DNA from: Patescibacteria group bacterium
GTDB taxonomy: Bacteria > Patescibacteriota > Minisyncoccia > Phycocordibacterales > UBA9973
Direction of reading: 5' to 3'
Length of the DNA: 64,000 nucleotides
Assembly (NCBI GenBank): GCA_040384805.1
Contig: JAZKIP010000004.1
Location: forward strand, 10,255-74,254
The notes under the pieces were generated by a model. That model was given only the letters and a program-made list of their open reading frames with translations. It did not search any database and had not been told where the DNA came from. This document shows, in pieces, positions 1-10,293 of the stretch. The position numbers were made by a program, and so were the translations under genes. Within the stretch, counting starts at the first letter, position 1, and the number at the start of each line of letters is the position of its first letter.

Positions 1-870
1 CTCGAAGAGTGCCGGTTCGATCCCCATGTCTTCGAGCTTCACTCGGATTGATTTCGGATTAAGTATGCGCATCACGATCGATTCGCCGTAGGCTCCCGGA
101 ATAAGAGAGACGCGAAGGCTGATTTCGTCCTCATCGAGGAATATGCTGAATCGGCCGTCCTGAGCGATCGACTGCGATGTGATCTTAAGTCCCGAAAGGA
201 GCTTGATGCGGGAATTGAGAAATTTATGGATTCCGGGATTGATCTCCATGACTTCTTGGAGAATGCCATCGAGACGGAAGCGCAGGCGCACCGTGTGCTC
301 TTCGGGTTCGAAATGGAGATCCGATGCGTTGATGGCGATCGCGCCCGCAAGGGCGACCTCAAGAATATGGGACGTGGTATGAGACTTGTCGCGCTCTACT
401 TCGACAATCTTGTTTCGAATGTCGTCGATATTGTTGATGCCCTCCATTATCTTCTTGAGCGATTCACCGGAAATGGCGATTGAGCCTGCCCGCGACTCGG
501 ACGCGTACGACATTTCCTTGTATCTCTCCCATGCCTTCTTGAGGCTTGCCTGCGATGACATATAGAAGTGGGGGATATAGTTGTGCTCCTGGAAATATTT
601 TTTCAAATCTTCCAGTTTCCCGGGCTGCGGAGATCGCACTGCCACATGGATGTCCTTGCCGACGAGCTTGAAGGGAGCGATTTCCTGCTCCTCGGCATCT
701 TTCTGGTCAATTGAACGCAAGGCGTTGTTGTCGATCGGCATTCCCGAGAGATTGATCGCCGGCACTCCGTATTTTGATTCGGCGAGCGCCTCCACAAGTT
801 CCTCTTCCTCTTCTTTTCGCAGATCCGTCAGTTCCTTTTTTTCCTTGTCGTCGTCGAATGTGATGGTCAT
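1..870 (-). CDS. pilB: Type IV pilus / T2SS assembly ATPase PilB/GspE family, N-terminal part (gene runs past the window start)
   Basis: Manual minus-strand translation from the ATG at 870-868 stays open to position 1: MTITFDDDKEKKELTDL...KSHTTSHILEVALAGAIAINASDLHFEPEEHTVRLRFRLDGILQEV... This is a GspE N-terminal domain followed by the start of the ATPase core. It is absent from the ORF track because it is open at the window edge. Confidence 0.7.
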   Translation of the reverse strand, partial: MTITFDDDKEKKELTDLRKEEEEELVEALAESKYGVPAINLSGMPIDNNALRSIDQKDAEEQEIAPFKLVGKDIHVAVRSPQPGKLEDLKKYFQEHNYIPHFYMSSQASLKKAWERYKEMSYASESRAGSIAISGESLKKIMEGINNIDDIRNKIVEVERDKSHTTSHILEVALAGAIAINASDLHFEPEEHTVRLRFRLDGILQEVMEINPGIHKFLNSRIKLLSGLKITSQSIAQDGRFSIFLDEDEISLRVSLIPGAYGESIVMRILNPKSIRVKLEDMGIEPALFE

Positions 871-1020
871 TGTAGAGTTAGTATATCGCAAAAAACACAC
901 ATACCGTGACTTGACAAAGGTAGTTTTAGATGCTATCATTTTTTCAAATGTCTTAATTTAAGTGTTGTATTTGCTGCTCGCATGCCGGGCTATGAATACA
1001 ACAATTAAATTAAGAAATAT

Positions 1021-1641
1021 ATGAAAACTAAAAAACCCTTGATCTTGGCTCTCATGGTAATAAGTGCTTACCTACTCCTGATGGCGTGTAATAGAAAGAC
1101 AGCTCCGCAAATTGCTCCAATCCCGCAGTACCTGAAAGAGGCAGACGACGGCACGAAGCCGTGGACCCAAGCAGACATGGATCTCTTTAACTCTCTCCCT
1201 GATTTGTTACAAAGGCTGAAGGATTCGGGAACCTTCGTTCCCAATGTTACTATCACCATAGATCTCGGCCTAACCCAACTCCCGAAAGTATTTTTTGGAA
1301 GAGATGGGTCGATTAACAAACTTCGTGTAAACGATTTGATCTTGAGAACAGTTCCTAAGGGAACTCCCGGCAAGTTTACCGATTTAGAAACGGGAGATCA
1401 GTATGAGAACGTTATGATCGTCAAGTATTCCTTGAATGATGCGTCATATACGTTTTCGTATTGGGCCAGAGACGGTCTCTTTAAAATGAACTCAAACGCC
1501 GTGTTAAAGTTTGAAGGCGTTGATTATCCTGTTACTGCCAAAACTGACGGTGAGTCGATCCTCTACTACAGGGGATTCGAGAAGGATACAACAATTATCC
1601 ACCGAAGCCAGGCTGAAGGGGTAAGACCAGGGAAACGTTGA
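1021..1641 (+). CDS. Hypothetical secreted protein, possible lipoprotein
   Basis: N-terminal signal-like segment MKTKKPLILALMVISAYLLLMAC with Cys after the hydrophobic stretch. No recognisable catalytic motif. Confidence 0.45.
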   Translation: MKTKKPLILALMVISAYLLLMACNRKTAPQIAPIPQYLKEADDGTKPWTQADMDLFNSLPDLLQRLKDSGTFVPNVTITIDLGLTQLPKVFFGRDGSINKLRVNDLILRTVPKGTPGKFTDLETGDQYENVMIVKYSLNDASYTFSYWARDGLFKMNSNAVLKFEGVDYPVTAKTDGESILYYRGFEKDTTIIHRSQAEGVRPGKR

Positions 1642-1920
1642 TCTTTTTATTTTATTTACGCAGAACTAATTTCAGTCACATGCCCTCGCTTGTTAAAAGT
1701 GGAGGCATGTTTTTGTTTATATCTGATTGCATAGAAGCTGATTTATATCCTCTAAAGAGCAATATATACTCTCCAAATGGAGCAAGGATGAGGGGTTGAC
1801 AACTTATGCATAAGATGATATGATACGCGCAAAGGTTTTAGTTTTAAATATTGTATTTATTGCTCGAAAATGGGCAGCAAATACAATATTTAAAACTTAA
1901 AAAACCTAAACCCGTAGCAA

Positions 1921-2655
1921 ATGAAAAAAATAATAGTTTTTTTGACTGTCGTTCTAGGAGGATTACAGTCAAATGCCCAAGTAGGGCCTGTATTTCAGTA
2001 CACGACTCCGAGCAAGAGTGAGATTCTGGATTTGGCGACAAGCCAAACTCCGAAAGGAAAGGCTTTCGCCAGATATCTTATATCTCAAACGAATGTAGGA
2101 TTAAAGGATACTTCGTATCGGGTCTCTTCGGTAGAGGAGATATTTCAGAATCTGTATTGGGAAGATGTAACGCTTATCGGCGGAACATATATCAATTCAG
2201 GATATGATCCCCAAAAAGGACGAATGGTTCCCAGTATAGGGAATGCATGGAGTGGCTTTGCATGGGTATACCGTGTAGGGACATTTGTAATCCCCCTTTT
2301 AAAAGGAGATTGTGCAAATGTTCTGACTGGTCTTGGGTCAAGATTAAGAATAACATTGACATCCCCTGTGATAATTCCTTCCAAGATTCCTTCTGACAAT
2401 AGGTTGCTGCGATATGAATCTACTGAGAAGAAACAATTAGTGCCTTTTACACCGACGGCCAATACGCAAGTGCCGCAAGTTGAAAAGAAAAAATTCCCAT
2501 GGGTCTTGGTCATTGTAGGTTCTGTAGTAACGACAACCGGTATTTACTTCCTTGCAAAGGGAAGTCCTGATCGGGGTGGTCCTGCTGGAGCCCCTGCGAC
2601 AGTCTTACCCCCTGCTGGTGGTCCTGCTGGAGCCCCGCCGACAACCGGACGGTGA
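1921..2655 (+). CDS. Hypothetical secreted protein with C-terminal TM anchor and a Pro/Gly-rich tail
   Basis: Signal peptide MKKIIVFLTVVLGGLQSNAQ. TM segment WVLVIVGSVVTTTGIYFLA. Tail GGPAGAPATVLPPAGGPAGAPPTTGR encoded by an imperfect 36-bp tandem repeat at about 2575-2646. Confidence 0.5.
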   Translation: MKKIIVFLTVVLGGLQSNAQVGPVFQYTTPSKSEILDLATSQTPKGKAFARYLISQTNVGLKDTSYRVSSVEEIFQNLYWEDVTLIGGTYINSGYDPQKGRMVPSIGNAWSGFAWVYRVGTFVIPLLKGDCANVLTGLGSRLRITLTSPVIIPSKIPSDNRLLRYESTEKKQLVPFTPTANTQVPQVEKKKFPWVLVIVGSVVTTTGIYFLAKGSPDRGGPAGAPATVLPPAGGPAGAPPTTGR

Positions 2656-2882
2656 ACTAGTTATTCGGGTGGCGGTATCGGAGGTTTAATTCAGAAAGGA
2701 TTAAAGAAATTACGCCTCCAGCTATTTACTGCGAAAAGAGCTTTTTGATCTTTATTGTAAAAAATTACTGCAGGATAAAAACCTATTATCTATCGATAAT
2801 AGCTATCCTGCACTTCTTTAAGTCTTGAACGTCTTCGCGGCGTTGAAGGTTTAAAATTGTAAGTTTAATTAATTATAAGTTT

Positions 2883-5249
2883 ATGAAAAATCATATGAAA
2901 AAAATAATAGTCGGAATCTTCAGCCTTGCTTTGCTTCTTGCTTCGCACAGCGCTTTTGCTTCGTGGAACACGGAGCCGAATGACTGTAAAAGCATCAGCA
3001 TCATCAATGCAACAACAAATCAGGGGTATCAGAATCCTTGTTGGCCGCTTTCGTCTGTATCAGCACGACCGGGCGATGTCATAAACGTAAGAATTTATTA
3101 TCACAATACAGGAACCCAGGCGGCGAACACGCGCATCGTTTTGAGCGCTCCTTCGATGGCAAGTTCTTCATCGTCAAAGTCCTTCACGGGACGAATCGTG
3201 TCTGATCAGGGCAGCTTGTCCTTCGGACCGGTAACGGCGAATCTTTCTTCGTCACAGTCTTTAACTTTCATTTCAAGCAAATGGTATACGGAGAACACGA
3301 ACGAAACATTGACACCTCTTCTTGGAGGTCAGAGCGGTTCCGAAGTTCTTACTGAAAACGGTTTGGACATAGGTTCTATCGCTCCGGGATGGAGCACTCA
3401 GGGATCGGTCGTTATCGCATTCCGCGTAAGTTCTTCGAACTCAACCGTTCAAACATGTCAGGATTCAAGCGCTACGAACTTCGGCGGACCGCTTCCGTGT
3501 ACATATGGTAACCAGTCTCAGATGTCAGGTACGCTTACTGCAAATCCGTCATACTGTACTATTCCTGCCGGAAGCTCGACATGCAGCACTATCCTTGCAT
3601 GGAACACTCTTAATCCGGTAAGCACGTCGGCAGTGACCACTCCAGGTCTTGGCACGGTAGCAACGGGCAACTCGGGCTCCCAGCAAGTCAATGTTCCATA
3701 TGGCAATCAGGTATTTTATCTCTACAATAACGGACAGCTTCTGCATCAGGCGACGGTTAACGCGTCATGCGGATCCGGATCATCATGGAACGGATCATCG
3801 TGCGTATCGACCCAGGTCAATAACTGCTACATTTCTAATTTCACTGCAAGCCAGACTCAGGTTTCGCAAGGCTCTTCTGTCACGATCAACTGGAATACGC
3901 AGAACTGCACATCGGTAAACGTGTACGGACCGGGGGGCCTCAACAGCAACAGCACGAGCGGCAACCAGACGGTATATCCGAACTCGGGAACCAACACATA
4001 TACGATTACTGCGAACGGACAGAACGGCGCCGCGCAGACTCAATCGCTTTCTGTCTACGTTAATCAAACATCAAACTGTACAATTTCAAACTTCACAGCT
4101 AACGGTTCATCCTCAGCCTACATTACCTCGGGCTCGCCGGTAACCATCTCATGGAATGCAGGCAACTTTAGCTATGTTACTGTCTCGGGACCGGGACTCA
4201 ATAGTAATAGCTTAAGCGGCAGCCAAGTGATTTACCCGACATATTCAGGAACGTATACTCTGACAGCATCGGGTTCTAATTGCGGAAATCAGACTCGCTC
4301 TGTTCAAGTAAATGTAAACAACACTATTATTCCTCAGCCTCCTGTTGTTGTTGCCGCGTGCGCCGTCACGACGATCGCGACGAATGTCACTCAGACAACT
4401 GCCATCCTCAACGGCCTTGTCTCAGGAACGCCATACGGAAGCGTTACAGGATACTTCGAATACGGACCAACAGTCGCCATGGGCTTGCGAACGCCGACGC
4501 GAACGATGAATGTTGGCCCGATTACGGAAATTGTAAGCGGCCTTGCTCCCAATACGATCTATTATTTCCGATTCTCAGCTAACTGCGGCAACGGGTTCTC
4601 AAGCGGAGCTATTCAGACTTTGAGCACTCTCGGTGCTGTACGAGTTGTCACGACTACGACAAACCCGGTCGTTGTCCAAGGCACGACGGTTATCGGCACT
4701 CAGTCTCCAATCATGCTTACGATCGAGAATCGATACGAATTTCTCGGTGTCGGCGATACCGTTGACTACACTGTCACGTATCGCAACATCGGACGGTCTC
4801 TTTTGACCCGTCCGGTTCTGCAGGTCGTTGTTCCGAAGGGCGTTGTGATCACGAACGCGTCGCGAGGTACCTACTCCGTCGATACCAATACGCTTACTGT
4901 TCCCCTTGAGGATCTCCTTCCGGGCGCAGGCGGCACTGTATATCTACAGGGACGTGTTGATCTCGTCGCTCCGGGCGATGCTCAGATCGTGACGACTGCG
5001 ATCCTCGTATATACGAATCCAAACGGTGCGCAAGAAAACGCAATTGCCTATGCGCTTAACAGACCAAAGGATAATAATACCATCAACACTCTCGGAGCTT
5101 CCGCTTTCTTTGGAGGAATCTTCCCCTCGACTCTTTTGGGATGGTTGCTTCTCCTTCTCTTGATCCTGCTCTTGATCTTGGCGACACGCCGCTACTATAA
5201 CCGCAGACCGGTTGTCGTACAGCCTCCGCACGGACCAATGACGCACTAA
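2883..5249 (+). CDS. Large Ser/Thr-rich cell-surface protein with tandem Ig/FN3-like repeats, a DUF11-like repeat domain and a C-terminal TM anchor
   Basis: Signal peptide MKKIIVGIFSLALLLASHSAFA. Two about 80-aa repeats (CYISNFTASQTQVSQGSSVTINWNTQNCTSVNVYGPGGLNSNS... and CTISNFTANGSSSAYITSGSPVTISWNAGNFSYVTVSGPGLNSNS...). An FYFRFSANCGNGF FN3-like segment. A C-terminal leucine-rich TM segment (WLLLLLLILLLIL) followed by basic residues. Confidence 0.6.
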   Translation: MKNHMKKIIVGIFSLALLLASHSAFASWNTEPNDCKSISIINATTNQGYQNPCWPLSSVSARPGDVINVRIYYHNTGTQAANTRIVLSAPSMASSSSSKSFTGRIVSDQGSLSFGPVTANLSSSQSLTFISSKWYTENTNETLTPLLGGQSGSEVLTENGLDIGSIAPGWSTQGSVVIAFRVSSSNSTVQTCQDSSATNFGGPLPCTYGNQSQMSGTLTANPSYCTIPAGSSTCSTILAWNTLNPVSTSAVTTPGLGTVATGNSGSQQVNVPYGNQVFYLYNNGQLLHQATVNASCGSGSSWNGSSCVSTQVNNCYISNFTASQTQVSQGSSVTINWNTQNCTSVNVYGPGGLNSNSTSGNQTVYPNSGTNTYTITANGQNGAAQTQSLSVYVNQTSNCTISNFTANGSSSAYITSGSPVTISWNAGNFSYVTVSGPGLNSNSLSGSQVIYPTYSGTYTLTASGSNCGNQTRSVQVNVNNTIIPQPPVVVAACAVTTIATNVTQTTAILNGLVSGTPYGSVTGYFEYGPTVAMGLRTPTRTMNVGPITEIVSGLAPNTIYYFRFSANCGNGFSSGAIQTLSTLGAVRVVTTTTNPVVVQGTTVIGTQSPIMLTIENRYEFLGVGDTVDYTVTYRNIGRSLLTRPVLQVVVPKGVVITNASRGTYSVDTNTLTVPLEDLLPGAGGTVYLQGRVDLVAPGDAQIVTTAILVYTNPNGAQENAIAYALNRPKDNNTINTLGASAFFGGIFPSTLLGWLLLLLLILLLILATRRYYNRRPVVVQPPHGPMTH

Positions 5250-5265
5250 TCATACTGATTACTAA

Positions 5266-5295
5266 AACACCCCGATCATGATCGGGGTGTTTTAT
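5266..5295 (+). terminator. Rho-independent terminator hairpin (CACCCCGATCATGATCGGGGTG + T-run)
   Basis: Perfect inverted repeat followed by TTTT directly after the stop of the surface protein gene. Confidence 0.7.
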
Positions 5296-5309
5296 GTTAG
5301 GATAATGGC

Positions 5310-5744
5310 ATGAGAATCTTCACCCGTGACGAACTGCCTCTTATTGCCCGCGAAATCTTAGGAACCGCCACAGATGCGCTTGCACAAAGCGCTTCCATCA
5401 TCGCTCTTTCGGGCGATCTCGGCTCGGGCAAGACAACCCTTGTCCAAGAAATCGCCAGAAGCCTTGGCATCAGGGAACACATCATATCGCCGACATTCGT
5501 CATTATGAAGATCTATGCCATACGTGCGGATTCATATCCATGGAAAAAGCTTGTTCACATTGATGCCTACCGGCTTGCGAGCGGAGAGGAATTAATAAAG
5601 CTCGGATGGAAGGAGATCCAAGAAGATAAGGATAACCTCGTGATCATCGAATGGCCGGAACATGTCCAAAGTTCTCTCGCGGCATCAGCGCTTAAAATAT
5701 CTCTTTCTCATGATGCGGAAGAAACAAGGATAATAACCTTGTAA
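5310..5744 (+). CDS. tsaE: tRNA threonylcarbamoyladenosine biosynthesis protein TsaE (YjeE ATPase)
   Basis: P-loop SGDLGSGKTTLVQEIARSLGI plus the ISPTFVIMKIY ... HIDAYRL ... WKE segments characteristic of YjeE/TsaE. Confidence 0.8.
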   Translation: MRIFTRDELPLIAREILGTATDALAQSASIIALSGDLGSGKTTLVQEIARSLGIREHIISPTFVIMKIYAIRADSYPWKKLVHIDAYRLASGEELIKLGWKEIQEDKDNLVIIEWPEHVQSSLAASALKISLSHDAEETRIITL

Positions 5745-5768
5745 TATCGGTTCGCTAATCTTCCGTAT

Positions 5769-5800
5769 TCCATTTAAGGTGACGATCGTCACCTTAAATG
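5769..5800. repeat. 32-bp perfect palindrome CCATTTAAGGTGACGATCGTCACCTTAAATGG between tsaE and polA (terminator or operator)
   Basis: The sequence equals its own reverse complement. Central CGATCG. Confidence 0.6.
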
Positions 5801-5850
5801 GAATTTTGACGTTACTCTTTCATCTTCTCCGAAATGCTATACTTAAGAAT

Positions 5851-8268
5851 ATGGCTAAAAAGACGGCAGATAAAAAAAGACTCGTTTTGCTCGATAGCCA
5901 CGCGATTATTCATCGGGCATATCATGCGCGTCCCGAGTTCATGAATTCCAAGGGCGAGCCGACCGGGGCTATCTATGGCCTTGCAACCATGCTCTTTAAG
6001 ATCATCACCGAGCTTAAGCCCGACTATATCATCGCCTGCTACGATCTGCCGAAGAAGACCTTCCGTCATGAAGCGTATGATGACTATAAGAAAGGACGGG
6101 CGAAGACCGATGATGCTCTTGTCGCTCAGCTCATCCGTTCGCGCGAATTTTTCAATGCCTGCTCAATCCCGATTTACGAGCATGAAGGATTCGAAGCCGA
6201 TGATATTCTTGGAACGATTTCGGAATATATCGTAGCAGAGGATAAAGACTGCGATGTCATCATCGCGTCCGGCGACATGGATACTCTGCAGCTTGTCACG
6301 AATGACCGGGTCCAAGTGTATACTCTCAAGAAGGGGATCAATGACACTATTTTATACAATGAGAAAAAAGTCGTAGACCGGTTCGGCTTTATTCCCCAAT
6401 ACTTGCCAGACTATAAGGGCCTCCGCGGAGATCCGTCGGACAACATTATCGGCATTAAGGGCATCGGAGAAAAAACTGCAACGATTCTTATCGGCGAGTT
6501 CGGCACGATCGAAAAGTTGTACGAAACCCTTAAGAAGAGTCCCGAGAAGTTCAAAGCTCTCGGCATATCCGACAGAATATTCGCGTTGCTTAAGGAGGGC
6601 GAAGAGGAAGCGCTTTTCTCAAAAACCCTTGCGACTATCCGTCGCGATGCGCCGATTGATTTTAAGCTGCCGTCGAAGGCATGGAAGGAAGACGTCGACA
6701 GCAGCGCGGTTGCGTCGTTTTTCCGCGAGATGGAATTCAAGAGCCTTCAGGGAAGATTCTTGAGCGTTGTCGGAGGGGACAGTCCTGAAGTTGCGGAAAA
6801 AGGATCGGCTGCAAGCGGCACAGAAACAGTCACAGAAGAAATATCATACAGCGAAGAGGATAAGGAAAAAATAGCCAAGGCTAAGATTGCCTTTTGGCTC
6901 CTTAATTCAGAGGCAACCGATCCGGATCTCGATGACGTTATCCGCTACAAGGGAGCGGTCACTCTCGATGAAGCGCTCATAAAACTTGAGTCGGATATTG
7001 AAAAGAATAATCTCTCATATGTCTATTACAACATAGAGATACCCCTGATTCCTCTTATTGCGTCGATGGAGAAAGTCGGAATTCTGATCGATAAGAAGTA
7101 CCTTGAAAAGATTTCAAAGGAATATCATCGCGAGCTGCAAAAGATAGAAAATAGCATCTGGAAGCTTGTCGGAAGGGAATTCAATGTCAATTCGCCCAAA
7201 CAGTTGGGAGAGGTCCTTTTCGACGATCTCGGCCTTACTGTTAAGGGAATGAAGAAGTCCGCGGGAGGCGCGCGCTCGACCCGCGAAAGCGAGCTTGAAA
7301 AACTGCGTGACCTCCATCCTGTCATCTCGATGATTCTAGAGTACCGGGAACTTCAGAAATTGCTCTCTACATATATCGATACCATCCCCCATGCTATTGC
7401 TCCGGACGGACGACTTCACGCGCGATTCATTCAGGCGGGCACGACGACCGGGCGCTTCTCATCGTACAATCCGAACTTGCAGAATATACCGATCAAGAGC
7501 GAACGAGGGAAGAATATCAGGAATGCATTTATCGCGTCACCCGGATTTGTCTTGGCGTCATTCGACTATTCGCAGATTGAGCTTCGGGTAGCGGCGCTTC
7601 TGTCGCAGGATTCATATTTCATTCAGGCGTTCCGGGACAAAAAGGATATTCACGCGGCTGTTGCCATGAAAGTTTTCAATGTTGATGAGAATCACGTAAC
7701 AGCGGACATGCGTCGAAGGAGTAAGGTTATAAACTTCGGCATTCTCTACGGCATGGGAGTCAATGCTCTTCGGACCAATCTCGGCACTGACCGGAAAGAT
7801 GCTCAGATTTTTTACGACAACTATTTCTCTGAGTTCCCGACGATCGCCGCCTATCTTAAAAGCATTGCGAATTTCGCCCGAGAGAATGGCTACACAGAAA
7901 CTCTCTTCGGCCGCAAGCGCTATTTCCCCGGTATCCGATCGCCATTGCCCTTCGTGCGCGCTATGGCTGAGCGCATGGCGACAAACGCTCCTATCCAAGG
8001 GACGGCGACGGCTGACATCGTCAAGATCGGCATGAAGAAAGCGCATGACGAGCTTAAGAAAGCCGGAATTCTTGACGATACGCGCCTCGTATTACAGGTT
8101 CATGACGAGCTTATCTATGAAATACGGGAAAGTGCGGTCACGCAGGCTATGAACATCATTGAAAACGCCATGAGGGACGCGATTCCGTCCCAATTTCTAA
8201 AGGGCATAGAGCCTGTTCCTCTCGACGTATCGTCGTGTTTCGGCAAGACATGGGGCGATCTTAAATAG
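5851..8268 (+). CDS. polA: DNA polymerase I (5'-3' exonuclease + polymerase domains, Taq-like short form)
   Basis: N-terminal FEN-like domain (LLDSHAIIHRAYHA ... GIKGIGEKTA). Polymerase motifs RRRSKVINFGILYGMG and QVHDELIYE. The likely true start is the ATG at 5851 (MAKKTADKKRLVLLD). The ORF track gives 5779. Confidence 0.9.
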   Translation: MAKKTADKKRLVLLDSHAIIHRAYHARPEFMNSKGEPTGAIYGLATMLFKIITELKPDYIIACYDLPKKTFRHEAYDDYKKGRAKTDDALVAQLIRSREFFNACSIPIYEHEGFEADDILGTISEYIVAEDKDCDVIIASGDMDTLQLVTNDRVQVYTLKKGINDTILYNEKKVVDRFGFIPQYLPDYKGLRGDPSDNIIGIKGIGEKTATILIGEFGTIEKLYETLKKSPEKFKALGISDRIFALLKEGEEEALFSKTLATIRRDAPIDFKLPSKAWKEDVDSSAVASFFREMEFKSLQGRFLSVVGGDSPEVAEKGSAASGTETVTEEISYSEEDKEKIAKAKIAFWLLNSEATDPDLDDVIRYKGAVTLDEALIKLESDIEKNNLSYVYYNIEIPLIPLIASMEKVGILIDKKYLEKISKEYHRELQKIENSIWKLVGREFNVNSPKQLGEVLFDDLGLTVKGMKKSAGGARSTRESELEKLRDLHPVISMILEYRELQKLLSTYIDTIPHAIAPDGRLHARFIQAGTTTGRFSSYNPNLQNIPIKSERGKNIRNAFIASPGFVLASFDYSQIELRVAALLSQDSYFIQAFRDKKDIHAAVAMKVFNVDENHVTADMRRRSKVINFGILYGMGVNALRTNLGTDRKDAQIFYDNYFSEFPTIAAYLKSIANFARENGYTETLFGRKRYFPGIRSPLPFVRAMAERMATNAPIQGTATADIVKIGMKKAHDELKKAGILDDTRLVLQVHDELIYEIRESAVTQAMNIIENAMRDAIPSQFLKGIEPVPLDVSSCFGKTWGDLK

Positions 8269-8303
8269 TAGCGGAAAGTCGCCAGTGTGATAGGATTATA
8301 AGT

Positions 8304-8804
8304 ATGAAAACCGAAGTCTCTCTGAAAAAAGAGTATGAAAAAATAAGATCCGGCATGGTTCATATCGTCCTTTCTTATTCGTATGTCATGTTTCTTATGG
8401 CTGTCGTCGCGGGACTTGTTCTTGATCTTGTATATCATATCACTATCTTTTCCGGACCGTTTTATTCATATGCCGGATTCATCATGATCGTAGCGGGATC
8501 ATACCTTGTCTATTGGGCCCAATCGACATCCCGCTGTACGAAAGAAGAGATGAAGAAAGGACTCACTGGGCGTGATTTTGAGCGCGGGCCCTACAAATAC
8601 AGCCGTAATCCGACGCATCTCGGTCTCACGCTCATGACGCTCGGATTGGGATTGATACTGCACTCGTTTTTTTCCGTTGTGTGCATTATTGTCGCCTCTG
8701 TTATCAGCAAGTTTATCTTCCTAAAAAAGGAAGAACGTTTGCTTGAGAAAAAATATGGACAGACCTATTGTGAGTATAAGAGAAAAGTAAGAACGTGGGT
8801 ATGA
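8304..8804 (+). CDS. Membrane methyltransferase, isoprenylcysteine carboxyl methyltransferase (ICMT)/PEMT-like family
   Basis: Multi-TM protein with an RNPTHLGLTLMTLGLGL motif of the ICMT/NnrU family. Confidence 0.5.
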   Translation: MKTEVSLKKEYEKIRSGMVHIVLSYSYVMFLMAVVAGLVLDLVYHITIFSGPFYSYAGFIMIVAGSYLVYWAQSTSRCTKEEMKKGLTGRDFERGPYKYSRNPTHLGLTLMTLGLGLILHSFFSVVCIIVASVISKFIFLKKEERLLEKKYGQTYCEYKRKVRTWV

Positions 8805-9442
8805 TTCATATTCTTGTCGGCGCCGATACGAAGAAAAGAAGCGCTTTCTTGAAAACACTGATTGGTTCGCGCGAGTCTCTTCGCCTTGAAGGCGCCTCTC
8901 TTTCGGAGAGTGTCGTTGCGCAATATGCCGAGGAAACGAGCCTTTTCGGAGAATCGCCTGTCATTATTCTTGATGGGGCGTTTTCTCAATCAGGCATAGC
9001 TTTCTCAGCGAAATTTTGGGAACAACTTAAAAACTCACTAACCGTTTTTGTCTTTCTGGAAGACAATCTTCGTGCCACTGACGAAAAGAAATATGTAAAA
9101 TACGCTTCTGTCGAGCGATTTGAAGAAAAGAAATCAACGGCAAGAGAGCAGAAAAAAACCGACCCTTTTGCCCTTGCCGAGGCTTTCGGACAGCGAGACA
9201 AGATCGGAGCGTGGATGCTCTACCGCGAAGCAGTTGAGAAAGGAGCTGATCCTGAACCGATCTCGGGAATGCTCTTCTGGAAGATAAAAACGATGACCCT
9301 TACGGGAACTCGCCATTTCGAGGCTATGGAGTTGAAACGGCAATCGCGCGATCTTGTCGATTTATATCACCGGGCTCATCGGGGAGAATGCGACTTTGTC
9401 ATCGGACTTGAAGAGTTTATCCTTTCCTCTCTTTCGAAATAA
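8795..9442 (+). CDS. holA: DNA polymerase III delta subunit-like protein (short HolA)
   Basis: N-terminal MIHILVGADTKKRSAF and C-terminal PFALAEAFGQRDKIGAWMLYREAVEKGADPEPISGMLFWKIKTM resemble the HolA clamp-loader delta fold. Overlaps the upstream gene by 10 bp. Confidence 0.45.
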   Translation: MGMIHILVGADTKKRSAFLKTLIGSRESLRLEGASLSESVVAQYAEETSLFGESPVIILDGAFSQSGIAFSAKFWEQLKNSLTVFVFLEDNLRATDEKKYVKYASVERFEEKKSTAREQKKTDPFALAEAFGQRDKIGAWMLYREAVEKGADPEPISGMLFWKIKTMTLTGTRHFEAMELKRQSRDLVDLYHRAHRGECDFVIGLEEFILSSLSK

Positions 9443-9509
9443 ATGCTAAAATAGAGGAAGCTGGAGAGACCTCATCGGCGATGTAATCTCTCCAGTCGGA
9501 CCCACTTCT

Positions 9510-9767
9510 ATGGAATCTATCTTAAAATCTGACATATTCTTTTTCATTACTTCCATTTCTGTCTGCATCATAACTGTTGGTCTCATCGTCGGCTTTTATT
9601 ATTTGATTAAGATAATGAAAAACATCGCCGATATATCCGAGACGGTCAAAAAATCAGTTCATGCGGCGGAATCGGAAATTGAGGAATTGGCAGAGCGCGT
9701 TTCTGACAGTACAGTGTTTCGAATGTTCTTTGGACGAAAGAAGAAAAAGAAGAAGGAAGTTCGATAA
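9510..9767 (+). CDS. Small membrane protein with Lys-rich C-terminus
   Basis: Single TM segment (FFFITSISVCIITVGLIVGFYYLI). Tail GRKKKKKKEVR. Confidence 0.4.
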   Translation: MESILKSDIFFFITSISVCIITVGLIVGFYYLIKIMKNIADISETVKKSVHAAESEIEELAERVSDSTVFRMFFGRKKKKKKEVR

Positions 9768-9798
9768 TTATTATACATAATATAAAAGTGACAAATAC

Positions 9799-10218
9799 AT
9801 GCGTCATTTTTACACACCTATGGCAAACAATAAAAAGGGGATGAGCACGGGCGCAATGATCGGAGTTGGAGCGGGAATCGCCGCTGCAGCTGCGGCAGGA
9901 TATCTTTTATTCGGTCCTGACGGCAAGAAGAACCGCAAGGCTATCAAAGGATGGGCGGTGAAAATGAAGGGCGAGATCATCGAGAAATTCGAACAGGTCA
10001 AGGACCTGACCGAGCCGGTCTACCAGAAGATCGTTGATGAAGTACAAGCTAAATACTCAAAGATGAAGAATGTCGACCCAAAAGAGCTTCAGGCTCTTGT
10101 CGGAGAGATCCGCAAGCACTGGAAAGCGGTTTCAAAAACGACAACAAAAAAGTCTGCGCCGAAAGTAAAAAAAGCTGCATCAAAAGCAAGTTCAAAAAAG
10201 AAGAGCGTGAAGAAATAA
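9799..10218 (+). CDS. YtxH-like (DUF948) membrane-associated protein with Lys-rich tail
   Basis: N-terminal Gly/Ala zipper GAMIGVGAGIAAAAAAGYLLFGPDGKKNRKA, then an amphipathic region and a KK-rich C-terminus. Confidence 0.5.
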   Translation: MRHFYTPMANNKKGMSTGAMIGVGAGIAAAAAAGYLLFGPDGKKNRKAIKGWAVKMKGEIIEKFEQVKDLTEPVYQKIVDEVQAKYSKMKNVDPKELQALVGEIRKHWKAVSKTTTKKSAPKVKKAASKASSKKKSVKK

Positions 10219-10222
10219 TTCT

Positions 10223-10260
10223 AAAAAATCCCCCCGACCGTGCGTCGGGGGGATTTTTTA
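10223..10260 (+). terminator. Rho-independent terminator (ATCCCCCCGACC-GTGC-GTCGGGGGGAT + TTTTT)
   Basis: 11-bp GC-rich stem followed by a T-run, immediately after the stop of the YtxH-like gene. Confidence 0.75.
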
Positions 10261-10263
10261 ATT

Positions 10264-10293
10264 GCCTTTTCTTTTTGTACAAAAAGAAAAGGC
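10264..10293. repeat. 30-bp perfect palindrome GCCTTTTCTTTTTGTACAAAAAGAAAAGGC
   Basis: Self-complementary sequence directly after the terminator. It begins a 350-bp ORF-free region with further imperfect hairpins (10291-10345). Confidence 0.55.

Noticed and set aside
72-961. ORF-track entries 72-362(-), 179-382(+), 226-483(+), 581-961(+), 603-797(-)
   Set aside because: All lie inside or antisense to the long uninterrupted minus-strand PilB/GspE reading frame (1-870), which has a clear family signature. Their Arg/Ser-rich composition is typical of off-frame translation.
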